In this document: positions 17,530-26,489 of the stretch, one piece after another
How the letters are laid out: the number at the start of each line of letters is the position of its first letter
Numbering within the stretch: position 1 is the first letter of the stretch
From: Candidatus Yanofskybacteria bacterium RIFCSPHIGHO2_01_FULL_43_32
Lineage (GTDB): Bacteria; Patescibacteriota; Minisyncoccia; 2-02-FULL-40-12; GWA2-44-9
Reading direction: 5' to 3'
DNA: 64,000 bases
NCBI GenBank assembly: GCA_001794125.1
Contig: MGJF01000002.1
Location: 236,514 to 300,513, forward strand
Position numbers and translations under genes: made by a program
Notes under the pieces: model-generated
Databases searched by the model: none
What the model saw: only the letters and a program-made list of their open reading frames with translations
What the model was told of the DNA's origin: nothing

Positions 17530-19320
17530 ATGCAAATCAGAAATATCGCAATAATTGCCCACGTAGACCATGGGAAAACGACTCTGACCGATGCCCTGAT
17601 GAAACAGACGGGGATGGTGGAGGAAGGATTCAGCATGGATGTTAATGCGCTCGAACAGGAGCGCGGTATTACGATTTATGCAAAAAACGCCTCTCTTTAT
17701 TATAAAGACACCAAAATAAACATCGTTGACACCCCCGGCCATGCCGATTTCGGCTCGGAGGTAGAGCGTGTTTTACGTTCAATTGATTCCGTTCTTTTAA
17801 TTGTAGACGCACAGGAAGGGCCGATGCCCCAGACCAAGTTCGTATTAAAGAAGTCTCTTGAACTGGGTTTAAAACCAATCTTGGTTATAAATAAAATAGA
17901 CAAACCCGCCGCAAAGCCGGACGAAACCCACGAAAAGGTATTTGAATTATTTATGGACTTGGGAGCAACCAACGAACAGCTGGATTTTAAAACTATTTAT
18001 GCAATAGGAAAAACAGGTACGGCAAAATTAAACCTCACTGATGAGTCCAAAGATCTCACCCCTCTTCTCGATTTGATTTTAAGAGAAGTGCCGGCCGCGC
18101 CGTCTGACGCTTCCGCTCCGTTGAGATTTCAGCCTTTCAACTTGGCCTATGATAATTTTTTAGGACGCCTCGGAATAGGCAGAGTTTGGTATGGAACAAT
18201 GAAGGTGGGGGATAATGTTTTTATAAAGAAGCCGACAGGGGAAACCCGCTCGGGCAAGATAACCCAGCTTTTTACCTTCCGCGGAATGAAAAGAGAAGAA
18301 GCGAAGGAGGCTGTCGCAGGCGACATAGTTATGGTTGCCGGATTGCCGGATATTTATATCGGAGAAACGGTCTCGACTTCTCCCGACGTGGAACCATTAT
18401 CAGCTATCAATGTGGACGAACCGACCATATCTTTGAATTTTTTAATCAACGACTCTCCGTTTGCCGGCCAGGACGGTAAATTCGTAACCAACAGACAGTT
18501 GAAAGAGCGTTTGGAAAGAGAACTTGAGGTTAATATCGGATTAAAAGTTGATTTTTCATCTACGGAGTCCTACAAGGTCTACGGGAGAGGAGAACTGCAC
18601 ATCGCCATTCTTTTGGAAAATATGAGGCGTGAGGGCTATGAGCTTCAGGTTTCTCAGCCCCAAGTTATTATCAAAGAAATAGACGGCCAAAAAATGGAAC
18701 CTTTTGAAGAGGCCGTGGTTGATGTTCCTGAAAATCTCTCCGGAACCGTAATACAAAAACTCGGCAAGAGGGCCGGAAAAATGATGGGCATGATACAGCA
18801 TCATGGCGAGGTTAGGATTACTTTTGAGATTCCGACCCGAGGTCTTTTGGGCTATAGAAATGAATTTATGGTAGACACGAAAGGTGAAGGGATACTCGCA
18901 AGCCACTTTATCGGTTTCCGGCCGTATGCGGGAGAAATAAAAAAGAGAAGCGTCGGTTCCATGGTTTCAATGGAGACGGGCAAAGCTCTGGGTTTTTCGT
19001 TATACAATCTCCAGGACAGGGGTACGCTTTATATCGGGCCGACCACTGAAGTTTACGAAGGTATGGTCATCGGAGACGTTTCAAAGGGAATGGATATGGC
19101 GGTAAATCCGATTAAAGGAAAAAAACTTACCAACATGAGAGCCTCGGGTTCAGATGAAAATATTATTCTCACACCTCCGCATCCGGTTACCCTTGAAGGC
19201 GGATTAGAAATCATGCAGGAAGACGAATATCTTGAAGTCACTCCCAAAAACATCCGCCTCCGAAAACAATTCCGCACCGAAAACGACCGAATTAAAGCAG
19301 CTCGTTCTGCTTCGCAATAA
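17530..19320 (+). CDS. typA: Translational GTPase TypA/BipA
   Basis: MQIRNIAIIAHVDHGKTTLTDALM G1 motif, DTPGHADF, NKIDK. Confidence 0.9.
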   Translation: MQIRNIAIIAHVDHGKTTLTDALMKQTGMVEEGFSMDVNALEQERGITIYAKNASLYYKDTKINIVDTPGHADFGSEVERVLRSIDSVLLIVDAQEGPMPQTKFVLKKSLELGLKPILVINKIDKPAAKPDETHEKVFELFMDLGATNEQLDFKTIYAIGKTGTAKLNLTDESKDLTPLLDLILREVPAAPSDASAPLRFQPFNLAYDNFLGRLGIGRVWYGTMKVGDNVFIKKPTGETRSGKITQLFTFRGMKREEAKEAVAGDIVMVAGLPDIYIGETVSTSPDVEPLSAINVDEPTISLNFLINDSPFAGQDGKFVTNRQLKERLERELEVNIGLKVDFSSTESYKVYGRGELHIAILLENMRREGYELQVSQPQVIIKEIDGQKMEPFEEAVVDVPENLSGTVIQKLGKRAGKMMGMIQHHGEVRITFEIPTRGLLGYRNEFMVDTKGEGILASHFIGFRPYAGEIKKRSVGSMVSMETGKALGFSLYNLQDRGTLYIGPTTEVYEGMVIGDVSKGMDMAVNPIKGKKLTNMRASGSDENIILTPPHPVTLEGGLEIMQEDEYLEVTPKNIRLRKQFRTENDRIKAARSASQ

Positions 19321-19348
19321 AACTCGCTCCGCCTCATCTGAACAGTTG

Positions 19349-19468
19349 ACACAACCTCCATGCATGACTGCGGGGTGCACTTTTTAAAAATTTACTAATT
19401 TTAAAAAAGCACACCCCCTCCGCCGGTTGTTTAGAGTATAGCTGATAATTAACAATAAAGAGTCAAAC
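19349..19468 (-). repeat. Structured repeat family 3, copy L (promoter-like TTGACT-N19-TATACT, AACAACCGGCGGAGGG, stem, CATGCATGGAGGTTGTGT); inverted relative to copy R
   Basis: aligned by eye to 21181-21301 and 50381-50559. Confidence 0.6.
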
Positions 19469-19515
19469 CATCTCTGGTGAGCCGTTGATTGTTGGTATGA
19501 AAGTTATGCCTTGCA

Positions 19516-20538
19516 ATGGGTGGCAAAGATAGTAAAATTAAACCAATGACAAATCATAAGATTGTAATTGGCGACTCAAGGAAAATGGCAGAGATTGCCG
19601 ATGAATCTGTCCAGCTTGTTATTACTTCGCCTCCATATTGGCAACTCAAGGATTATGGATCAAAAAATCAAATTGGTTTTGACGATTCTTACGAGGACTA
19701 CATAAATAATTTAAACTTGGTTTGGAATGAGTCATATCGTGTCTTAAGTCCGGGTTGCAGACTTTGTATAAACATAGGAGACCAATTTGCTCGCTCCGTT
19801 TATTATGGAAGGTATAAAGTCATTCCAATTCGAACGGAGATAATTAAGTTTTGCGAAACCATCGGTCTTGATTATATGGGCGCCATAATTTGGCAGAAAG
19901 TTACAACGACAAACACAACAGGTGGCGCAAGCATTATGGGCAGTTTTCCATATCCAAGAAATGGTATTTTGAAATTAGATTATGAATTTATTTTGATTTT
20001 TAAAAAACCAGGAGCACTACCTCAACCACCCGAAAACATTAAAGAGAAATCAAGATTAACAATAGACGAGTGGAATAAATATTTTGCAGGACATTGGAAT
20101 TTTAACGGTGCCAGACAAGAGCAACATTTAGCCATGTTTCCGGAAGAGTTGCCAAAAAGACTTATAAAAATGTTTAGCTTTGTGGGGGAGACGGTACTCG
20201 ACCCTTTTTTAGGAAGTGGTACAACTACTTTGGCGGCAAAGAATTTAGAACGAAATTCTGTCGGATACGAAATTAATAACAATTTTCTGCCACTTATTAA
20301 GGAAAAAATAGGGGTAAATCAAAAAAACTTGTTTTCTAATGCCAAATTAGAATTTGTTAAGCAAAACAAATTCAACCAGGATTTTAAAATAGCCGTTGCC
20401 GACCTATCTTACGTTTTTAAAGACCCGATAAAAATTACGAGGAATATTAATACTAAAAAAATGAAGTTTGGTTCGAAAATTGATTCATCTGACTTTAATT
20501 ATAAACCCTTAAAGTTAAAAGAAGCATTCTTTAAATGA
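19516..20538 (+). CDS. Type II DNA methyltransferase, beta-class amino-MTase (N6-adenine or N4-cytosine)
   Basis: motif IV VITSPPYW precedes motif I DPFLGSGTT. Confidence 0.8.
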   Translation: MGGKDSKIKPMTNHKIVIGDSRKMAEIADESVQLVITSPPYWQLKDYGSKNQIGFDDSYEDYINNLNLVWNESYRVLSPGCRLCINIGDQFARSVYYGRYKVIPIRTEIIKFCETIGLDYMGAIIWQKVTTTNTTGGASIMGSFPYPRNGILKLDYEFILIFKKPGALPQPPENIKEKSRLTIDEWNKYFAGHWNFNGARQEQHLAMFPEELPKRLIKMFSFVGETVLDPFLGSGTTTLAAKNLERNSVGYEINNNFLPLIKEKIGVNQKNLFSNAKLEFVKQNKFNQDFKIAVADLSYVFKDPIKITRNINTKKMKFGSKIDSSDFNYKPLKLKEAFFK

Positions 20539-21128
20539 AAACTCTCAAAATTGATAATAAAAAGCTCCTTGAACTTCTAAATATTGAGCCGCCTAAATTT
20601 GCAAAATATTCCGGGCCTCTAATGAATTTAGCAAATCGGTTTATTGGCGGCACTAAACCAAAAGTAGTGGGACAAATGAGCGAGTTAATAAAAGAATTTG
20701 ATGGCAAAACTTTTAAAGAGTGGGAAAGTTGGTATTTGAAAAAACATCCTAAAGCTATTGATGCGGCAGTAGAGAAGATTACCCAAATGCTCATTAATTT
20801 TAAAGATGTTTTAGAAAAAACCGACGAGGCATCTATAAAAAGGTGGGTGCGTGACCTTGTAATTATTAAGACATTTGTCGGCTTGAAAAATCAAGAGGCA
20901 ATTTTAAAATCAGTTGCCGAATATTTTAAAACTGAATATAGATCGGCCAAACCAGCAGAGGAGTCAAAAGGAATTGACGGTTTCATCGGAGAAAAATCTG
21001 TAAGCATTAAACCGCATACATACTTACTCAAACCTGAACTATTGGAAAAGATTGAAGCTCCCATTATTTACTACGAAAAGACAAAGACCGGACTCAAAAT
21101 ATATTTCCCAGAAAACTTAACAAAATAA
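20535..21128 (+). CDS. Putative cognate type II restriction endonuclease (assignment by context only)
   Basis: start codon overlaps MTase stop (ATGA); 197 aa, no recognisable family motif. Confidence 0.4.
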   Translation: MKTLKIDNKKLLELLNIEPPKFAKYSGPLMNLANRFIGGTKPKVVGQMSELIKEFDGKTFKEWESWYLKKHPKAIDAAVEKITQMLINFKDVLEKTDEASIKRWVRDLVIIKTFVGLKNQEAILKSVAEYFKTEYRSAKPAEESKGIDGFIGEKSVSIKPHTYLLKPELLEKIEAPIIYYEKTKTGLKIYFPENLTK

Positions 21129-21180
21129 TTAACCCAGCATTATTATTCCCCTAAGCAAGGCTTCTGGGAACATTAAAGAA

Positions 21181-21301
21181 GTTTGACTTTCTATTGCCAA
21201 TCGTCACTCATTAACCAAAACAACCGGCGGAGGGAGCATGCTTTTATAAAATCAGCAGTATTTTAGAAAAGTATGCTCCGCAGCATGCATGGAGGTTGTG
21301 T
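21181..21301 (+). repeat. Structured repeat family 3, copy R
   Basis: GTTTGACTttctattgccaatc...AACAACCGGCGGAGGGAGCATGC...GTATGCTCCGCAGCATGCATGGAGGTTGTGT. Confidence 0.6.
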
Positions 21302-21304
21302 GAG

Positions 21305-22048
21305 TTATCTTATTTTCTTCAACCAATACTCATTCTCCCAAGCCCATAAATCTTTGCAGGCTAAGAAGGCCTTGATATCGGAGTCAAAGGTGTTTAGTTC
21401 TTTTATTTCTACTTCGCCTTTCATTGGACCCCATTCGTGTTCACATTTTCCTTTTTCGCCACGGATTTTTTCCCGTCCGCCTTTGTCGCGCATGGTTGCC
21501 GGGCATCTTAAGCAATGTTTTGACTGGTCAAGACGCAATATCCAGCGGGTAAGGGGAGGGAGGGTTTTGTCCTCGCTTAAAGCTTCTATGTAAGCCGAGG
21601 TCTGCATGCTGTAGTCGCGGTATATCGCCATTGAGGTTTTGATATCCAAGACGCCCAAAACGCCGTTTAATTCGGCCAGAACATCCATAGTTCCGGCAAA
21701 ATGGTGTTTTTTTGACACAACTCTCTCTTCTATCTTGTGGGCGATCACCTCGTTCTTATTATAAAAATCCATAAAAGCGGAGACGGCCGGTTTGACCTGG
21801 TCGGGGATAACGATAGGTTCTTTTCTCAAAATCGCCTCAACCGTTTCGTGAAGCAATGTCCCTTCTTCCGCGGACTTGGATTTAATATCTTCCCCGGTCT
21901 TATAGTCAGGCAATCCGGCATAAAACATATAAAGTGCCGGTTTGGCTTTGATTGAAACAATCGACGTAACCCGCGGATACCAAATTCCGTCTATTGTGTA
22001 GCCGTTGCCTTCTTTAAAACTATCTACTGTTGTGTACCAGTTGCTCAT
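21305..22048 (-). CDS. PD-(D/E)xK nuclease, Cas4/RecB-like with C-terminal Cys cluster
   Basis: DVLAELNGVLGVLDIKTS D..D/E.K core; CLRCP...C...C cysteines. Confidence 0.6.
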   Translation of the reverse strand: MSNWYTTVDSFKEGNGYTIDGIWYPRVTSIVSIKAKPALYMFYAGLPDYKTGEDIKSKSAEEGTLLHETVEAILRKEPIVIPDQVKPAVSAFMDFYNKNEVIAHKIEERVVSKKHHFAGTMDVLAELNGVLGVLDIKTSMAIYRDYSMQTSAYIEALSEDKTLPPLTRWILRLDQSKHCLRCPATMRDKGGREKIRGEKGKCEHEWGPMKGEVEIKELNTFDSDIKAFLACKDLWAWENEYWLKKIR

Positions 22049-22728
22049 TTGTTTTGCATGTACTTTTCCCAGTAATGGAAAAGTTCCTTGGTTGCTTTAA
22101 TGTCGTCAAAACAATATTTGGCTATCTTGAGATATTCTTTTTCTTTATAGAGGCGGGCCACATCGTCGCCGCTGACGCCTTTTGCCTTCGGACTTGATAT
22201 GCCGAATGCCTGGCACCACATATGAAGATTCCTTTTGAACCTTACTGCTCCAAAATTAGTCAGCCGGTCGTAAAGGTCGAAATGCGGAGCATCATAATAC
22301 CGGTTGTGGATCAAGCTCTTGGTCGGTTTAATTTTCAGTATAGCCGAGCGTATGGTCACAAACGGGCAATCAAAAGAATGGCCATTGAAGGTAATGAATT
22401 GATTATAATGGGTCGCCGATTCCCAAAAATGCTCCAAAACCTCTTTCTCGTTGAGACACGGCACATATTGCGCATTCTTGTCCTCTGTTTTTTCTATATT
22501 TTTCCCCGCTTGAAAATAAACCGCGCCTTTATCAGTATCGGGGTTTAATATTCCAATAGCCACTACCTCCCCGGTAAGAGGGGAGAAACCGAGACCGTTT
22601 TTGACATTTTCAATCTCTTCCGGCGAGTCGGCATAAAAAAGCAAAAATTCTTTGGCTTTTTCATCCAAAGAATCAAATTCAACTCCCACAGTTTCTATGT
22701 CAAAGATTAACTTGGGGGAATTTAGCAT
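22045..22728 (-). CDS. DEDD-type 3'-5' exonuclease related to the PolB exonuclease domain
   Basis: Exo I motif IFDIETVG, RNase H-like fold cues; 4-bp overlap with downstream nuclease gene. Confidence 0.6.
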   Translation of the reverse strand: MLNSPKLIFDIETVGVEFDSLDEKAKEFLLFYADSPEEIENVKNGLGFSPLTGEVVAIGILNPDTDKGAVYFQAGKNIEKTEDKNAQYVPCLNEKEVLEHFWESATHYNQFITFNGHSFDCPFVTIRSAILKIKPTKSLIHNRYYDAPHFDLYDRLTNFGAVRFKRNLHMWCQAFGISSPKAKGVSGDDVARLYKEKEYLKIAKYCFDDIKATKELFHYWEKYMQNK

Positions 22729-22759
22729 GACTTATTTTAACTTAAAGAAAACTGTCCGG

Positions 22760-22867
22760 CAAATGTTATGCGATATAAAATGTTGCATAACATTTGCACA
22801 TTGTGCGAGGCACTAAAAATGGCCGGGGGAGTCCGGCTTTTCTTGCTTTAGTGCTTCGCACAATGTA
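22760..22867. promoter_or_regulatory. Nested palindromes upstream of nuclease operon: GCAAATGTTATGC/GCATAACATTTGC and CATTGTGCGAGGCACTAAA/TTTAGTGCTTCGCACAATG enclosing terminator hairpin 22823-22845
   Basis: read directly; 13-bp perfect and 19-bp (1 mismatch) inverted repeats. Confidence 0.45.
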
Positions 22868-22921
22868 GGTTATGCGACGTAAGTATTCTCTGTTTCAGAG
22901 CCCCGAGCCTTCCATGGCTAT

Positions 22922-23392
22922 TTATTTGAGTACGCTTAATATTCCTCTGAGCACCTGCGAGGTAATGGAGATAATCAATATGCTCAAGTTAATTCCTGTT
23001 ACGGCCGCTTCTTTCAAGAAGCTCGAAATGTCATTATAGGACACATTGCCTGAACTGAAGAACTTGCTGAAATCTATGTTCTGCGAGGGGCTTTTAACGG
23101 GACTTAGGGGTATTCCGGTACCAATATTTATCATCTGATCGAACCTAAGGCCGTTTATGGCATTGTTTATCAGATCGTTTACCGAAGCGGTAATGTCGTT
23201 TATTTGATTAATCGGATTTAAATCAAGTTTTAATTCTGTTGATTTGTTTGCGGGAATAGTATCTATTACATAAGCGCGCAGCGGAAGACTTCCGTTAAAC
23301 ATAAGGGCCGTAACGGCAATTCCAACCAAGAAACTTGCCACTCCCCACTTCCCCACCGCGCCTAAATAATTACGAAACCATATTTTATTCAT
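22922..23392 (-). CDS. Hypothetical membrane protein
   Basis: N- and C-terminal hydrophobic segments. Confidence 0.5.
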   Translation of the reverse strand: MNKIWFRNYLGAVGKWGVASFLVGIAVTALMFNGSLPLRAYVIDTIPANKSTELKLDLNPINQINDITASVNDLINNAINGLRFDQMINIGTGIPLSPVKSPSQNIDFSKFFSSGNVSYNDISSFLKEAAVTGINLSILIISITSQVLRGILSVLK

Positions 23393-23446
23393 ATGTCAAA
23401 CTATTGCTTTATTTCGTATATTAAATTATATCACAATATTTTTTTC

Positions 23447-24691
23447 TCAGTCGTTTTTTGTGAACATGGTTATTTCCTGCCGGAAAACGGCGATTGCTTT
23501 TCTGAAAGGAAGGATTGAAACCAAATATCGAAGGTCTACAAGTTCTCTTATGATCCATCCCGCAAATCCCGACACTTTCCATCCTCCCCATAGATGAGCC
23601 GAAGAAAATTTTCCTCCCACCGGGGCGATCCAAACCCCGTAATAGGGTTTGTACGCTTCAGTGTTTTTACCGTTCAATATATTATAAATATTTCCGGCTA
23701 CAACCTTGCCCTGATCAACTGCCGTGTACGCCAAAGCCGGAACCGGTTTTTGGGTTTTAGGATCAATGAACTCCTGGTTATCTCCTACGGCAAAGATATT
23801 TTTCCACCCCTGAACCAACAAATTCTCATCTACAATAATCTTGCCCCTGTCTGTCACTGGAAGTCCGGCTATGGATTTTAAGAATTCATTTGCCTTAATT
23901 CCCGCTGTCCAAACAACCATATCCCCCTCCAGTATTTGTCCGCTTTTTAATTTCACAAAACTTGCTCCCACTTCTTCAATAGGAGAGTTTTCCATCAGCA
24001 CCACGCCAAGTTCGGTCAGGCGTTTGGAAATTATATTTCTTTCGCTGTCGGAAACCATCGGCAAAATTTTGGGTCCGGCTTCTATGAGAGTTATTATCGC
24101 GTGTTTATCTCTCATGCCGCGTTCCCTGCATATTTTTTTGACACAGCATGAAATTTCAGCGGCAAATTCAATCCCGCTGAAACCAGCCCCGCCGATCAAT
24201 ATCTTGAGCAAATCCATTTTTTCTCCCGAATCCATTTTTTTAATTAATTTTCCTATTTTTACGTTAATGGCTACCGCATCGTCAATGTTCTTGAATTGAT
24301 AGGCGTATTCTCTGACTCCAGGAATCCCAAAATCGGCGGTCTGGCTCCCAAGAGCAATCACCAAATAATCGCAGGACAAAATCTCACCGCCCTTGGTTCT
24401 AACGCTCTTTTCTTTCAAATCAACCGCGGAAATCTCGGCCTGAATAAAATTTATTTTCTTCCCGGCAAATATGTCTTTGTAGGGTATGCAGACCGTTTTT
24501 CGCATTTTTACCGTGAAGGGGTCTTTGTTTGTTTCGTAAATCGCCGCGACTTCATAAAGCGAGGGCAAAAAAAGATGATAGCTGTTTCTGTCCACTAAAG
24601 TGATCTGGGCTTGCTCTTTAAATTTTTTATCCAAATCTAAGGCGCATCTTACGCCCCCGAATCCCCCGCCAAGAATGAGAATCTTAGTCAT
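23447..24691 (-). CDS. ndh: Type II NADH:quinone oxidoreductase (NDH-2)
   Basis: two GxGxxG dinucleotide folds: MTKILILGGGFGG and KILIGGAGFSGIEFAAE. Confidence 0.8.
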   Translation of the reverse strand: MTKILILGGGFGGVRCALDLDKKFKEQAQITLVDRNSYHLFLPSLYEVAAIYETNKDPFTVKMRKTVCIPYKDIFAGKKINFIQAEISAVDLKEKSVRTKGGEILSCDYLVIALGSQTADFGIPGVREYAYQFKNIDDAVAINVKIGKLIKKMDSGEKMDLLKILIGGAGFSGIEFAAEISCCVKKICRERGMRDKHAIITLIEAGPKILPMVSDSERNIISKRLTELGVVLMENSPIEEVGASFVKLKSGQILEGDMVVWTAGIKANEFLKSIAGLPVTDRGKIIVDENLLVQGWKNIFAVGDNQEFIDPKTQKPVPALAYTAVDQGKVVAGNIYNILNGKNTEAYKPYYGVWIAPVGGKFSSAHLWGGWKVSGFAGWIIRELVDLRYLVSILPFRKAIAVFRQEITMFTKND

Positions 24692-24723
24692 GTGGTCAGA
24701 TGTTTAACTTAATTATATCACGA

Positions 24724-26016
24724 TTAAGGAAGATAATCGCGAGGATCTATTGTATTGTCATAGTTGAAGTATAGCTGGCCGTTTTTTTCTTTAACATAAG
24801 TAAAGAACTCTTTATAGATGCTCAGGTGGACATGGGAACCGGTAGAAAATCCTGTTGAACCTTCATATCCTATTATATCGCCCGCTTTGACCTGCGAACC
24901 AACTCTCACAAACTCAAATGCGCTCATGTGAGCATAGATACTTACAAGATTATAAGGCGGGTGTTTGATAGCCACCCAATTTCCCCAGCCATCATTTTTA
25001 CCATTGGCAACAATCTCTCCGTCGCCAATTGCTTTGATGGAGGTACCGTAACCAACCTTAATATCTATGCCGTTGTGTATCGCTCCGCCATAAGCCCCGC
25101 GGGAACTTCCACAGCGGGCAAACTTGGTGCAACCATAAGTTTGAGTGGTTGTAAAACCATCCTCCGGCCACCGGAAAAGATCGGTTCCCTTTTTCGGCAA
25201 GTTTTCCGCTTTAACATGAAGAATATAAAGTCCGCCTTGAATAACTTTGGTTTCAATTTCTTTTAGTTCCGTAAAGAAAAGAGACTGCTTTATTTCCACT
25301 TCTTCCAGCATTTTTTGGTATGCCGCCTCTTGGCCTTTAGTTGCTTTTAATAATCCGTCTTTATCTTTCGTTGCCTGATCTAACGAAGACTTCTGGGCGC
25401 TTTGCTGCCGTTTCAACGATTCGAGGTCGTTTTTCTTGCCTTCCAAATTATTTTTATTCTGATTTAACTGGTCTTCCATATCCTGCAAGTCGTCCACCAA
25501 ATTCATCAGATTGGTATTTACCGTCAAAGCTGATTGCGTCTGTCGGAAATAATCGGACAAGTCATTGTTTTTTAATATAATACCCAAAAGACTTTCTTTA
25601 TCCATGCGATCCATGAATAATAAGAGCCGGCCGATAGTGTTTTTTTGCCTGTCTACCTTTTCTTGAGTATTAAAAATATTATTTTGGACATTGTTCAGCT
25701 CTATTTTGGTCTTATCTATTTTTTTTCCGGTCAGCGAAATTTGCGTCTGCAGGGATGTTATCTGGCTTTTAAGATTAGCAATCTGGTTCTTCAGGGTATC
25801 GGCTTGTTCTTGTTTTTGGGAAATGGTCCCTTTCAACTGCTCGGCTTGCTGTTCAAGCGCCTGAATTTGGGCTTTCAAATCAGCCATTTTCTCTTCGTCG
25901 GTCTGGGCGGAAACAATGTTTGCAGAAAGCAGGAAGCAGAAAACGGATAAAAACAGAAAAAACGAAAAAAATTGACAATTTAAAATTTTTTTGTTTTTAT
26001 TGCCCAAGTTGCTCAT
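24724..26016 (-). CDS. M23 family metallopeptidase with N-terminal coiled coil (EnvC-like)
   Basis: HNGIDIKVGYGTSIKAIGDGEIV ... GSHVHLSIY. Confidence 0.8.
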   Translation of the reverse strand: MSNLGNKNKKILNCQFFSFFLFLSVFCFLLSANIVSAQTDEEKMADLKAQIQALEQQAEQLKGTISQKQEQADTLKNQIANLKSQITSLQTQISLTGKKIDKTKIELNNVQNNIFNTQEKVDRQKNTIGRLLLFMDRMDKESLLGIILKNNDLSDYFRQTQSALTVNTNLMNLVDDLQDMEDQLNQNKNNLEGKKNDLESLKRQQSAQKSSLDQATKDKDGLLKATKGQEAAYQKMLEEVEIKQSLFFTELKEIETKVIQGGLYILHVKAENLPKKGTDLFRWPEDGFTTTQTYGCTKFARCGSSRGAYGGAIHNGIDIKVGYGTSIKAIGDGEIVANGKNDGWGNWVAIKHPPYNLVSIYAHMSAFEFVRVGSQVKAGDIIGYEGSTGFSTGSHVHLSIYKEFFTYVKEKNGQLYFNYDNTIDPRDYLP

Positions 26017-26037
26017 TTTAAATTTGGCGGGTAAAAA

Positions 26038-26487
26038 GTGCCGACGAAAAAAATTCTCGTTGGTCTGAAGTTTGGAATAATTAATTTAATCATAGTGGCA
26101 ATGATAGCCGGTATTTTCTATGTTTTTGTGCAATTGGGAATAATATCCGAACCATCCAAAGTGGTAACGAACGAAGATTTTAAGCGGCCGATATTTTTAT
26201 TTTTCTTAATGGTTGCAATGGCTCCTTTTATGGAAGAGGTTCTGTTCCGGTTTTTGCCCATAAAAGGAGTAAAACTCATAACCGGTGACAAAAATGCTCT
26301 TTGGGTCGCCATTATTCTTGTGTCGATATTATTCGGATCGCTCCATGGTTCATGGCACCACATATTCATACAAGGCGTATCTGGAATAATTTTTTCATTG
26401 TCTTTTTTGCGAGGCGGTTTTGTGTCTTCTGTTGTATCCCACGCTCTTACCAACCTTGTTGCTTGGTCGTTGGTCTTCATAACATAG
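26038..26487 (+). CDS. CPBP (CAAX) family intramembrane metalloprotease
   Basis: FMEEVLFRFLP motif 1 and FGSLHG motif. Confidence 0.7.
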   Translation: MPTKKILVGLKFGIINLIIVAMIAGIFYVFVQLGIISEPSKVVTNEDFKRPIFLFFLMVAMAPFMEEVLFRFLPIKGVKLITGDKNALWVAIILVSILFGSLHGSWHHIFIQGVSGIIFSLSFLRGGFVSSVVSHALTNLVAWSLVFIT

Positions 26488-26489
26488 CG

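Noticed and set aside
19321-19430. Simple rho-independent terminator for typA (GGGGTGCAC...GCACACCCC with A/T-rich loop)
   Set aside because: The stem is part of repeat family 3 copy L on the opposite strand. It may still terminate typA, but it is not an independent feature.
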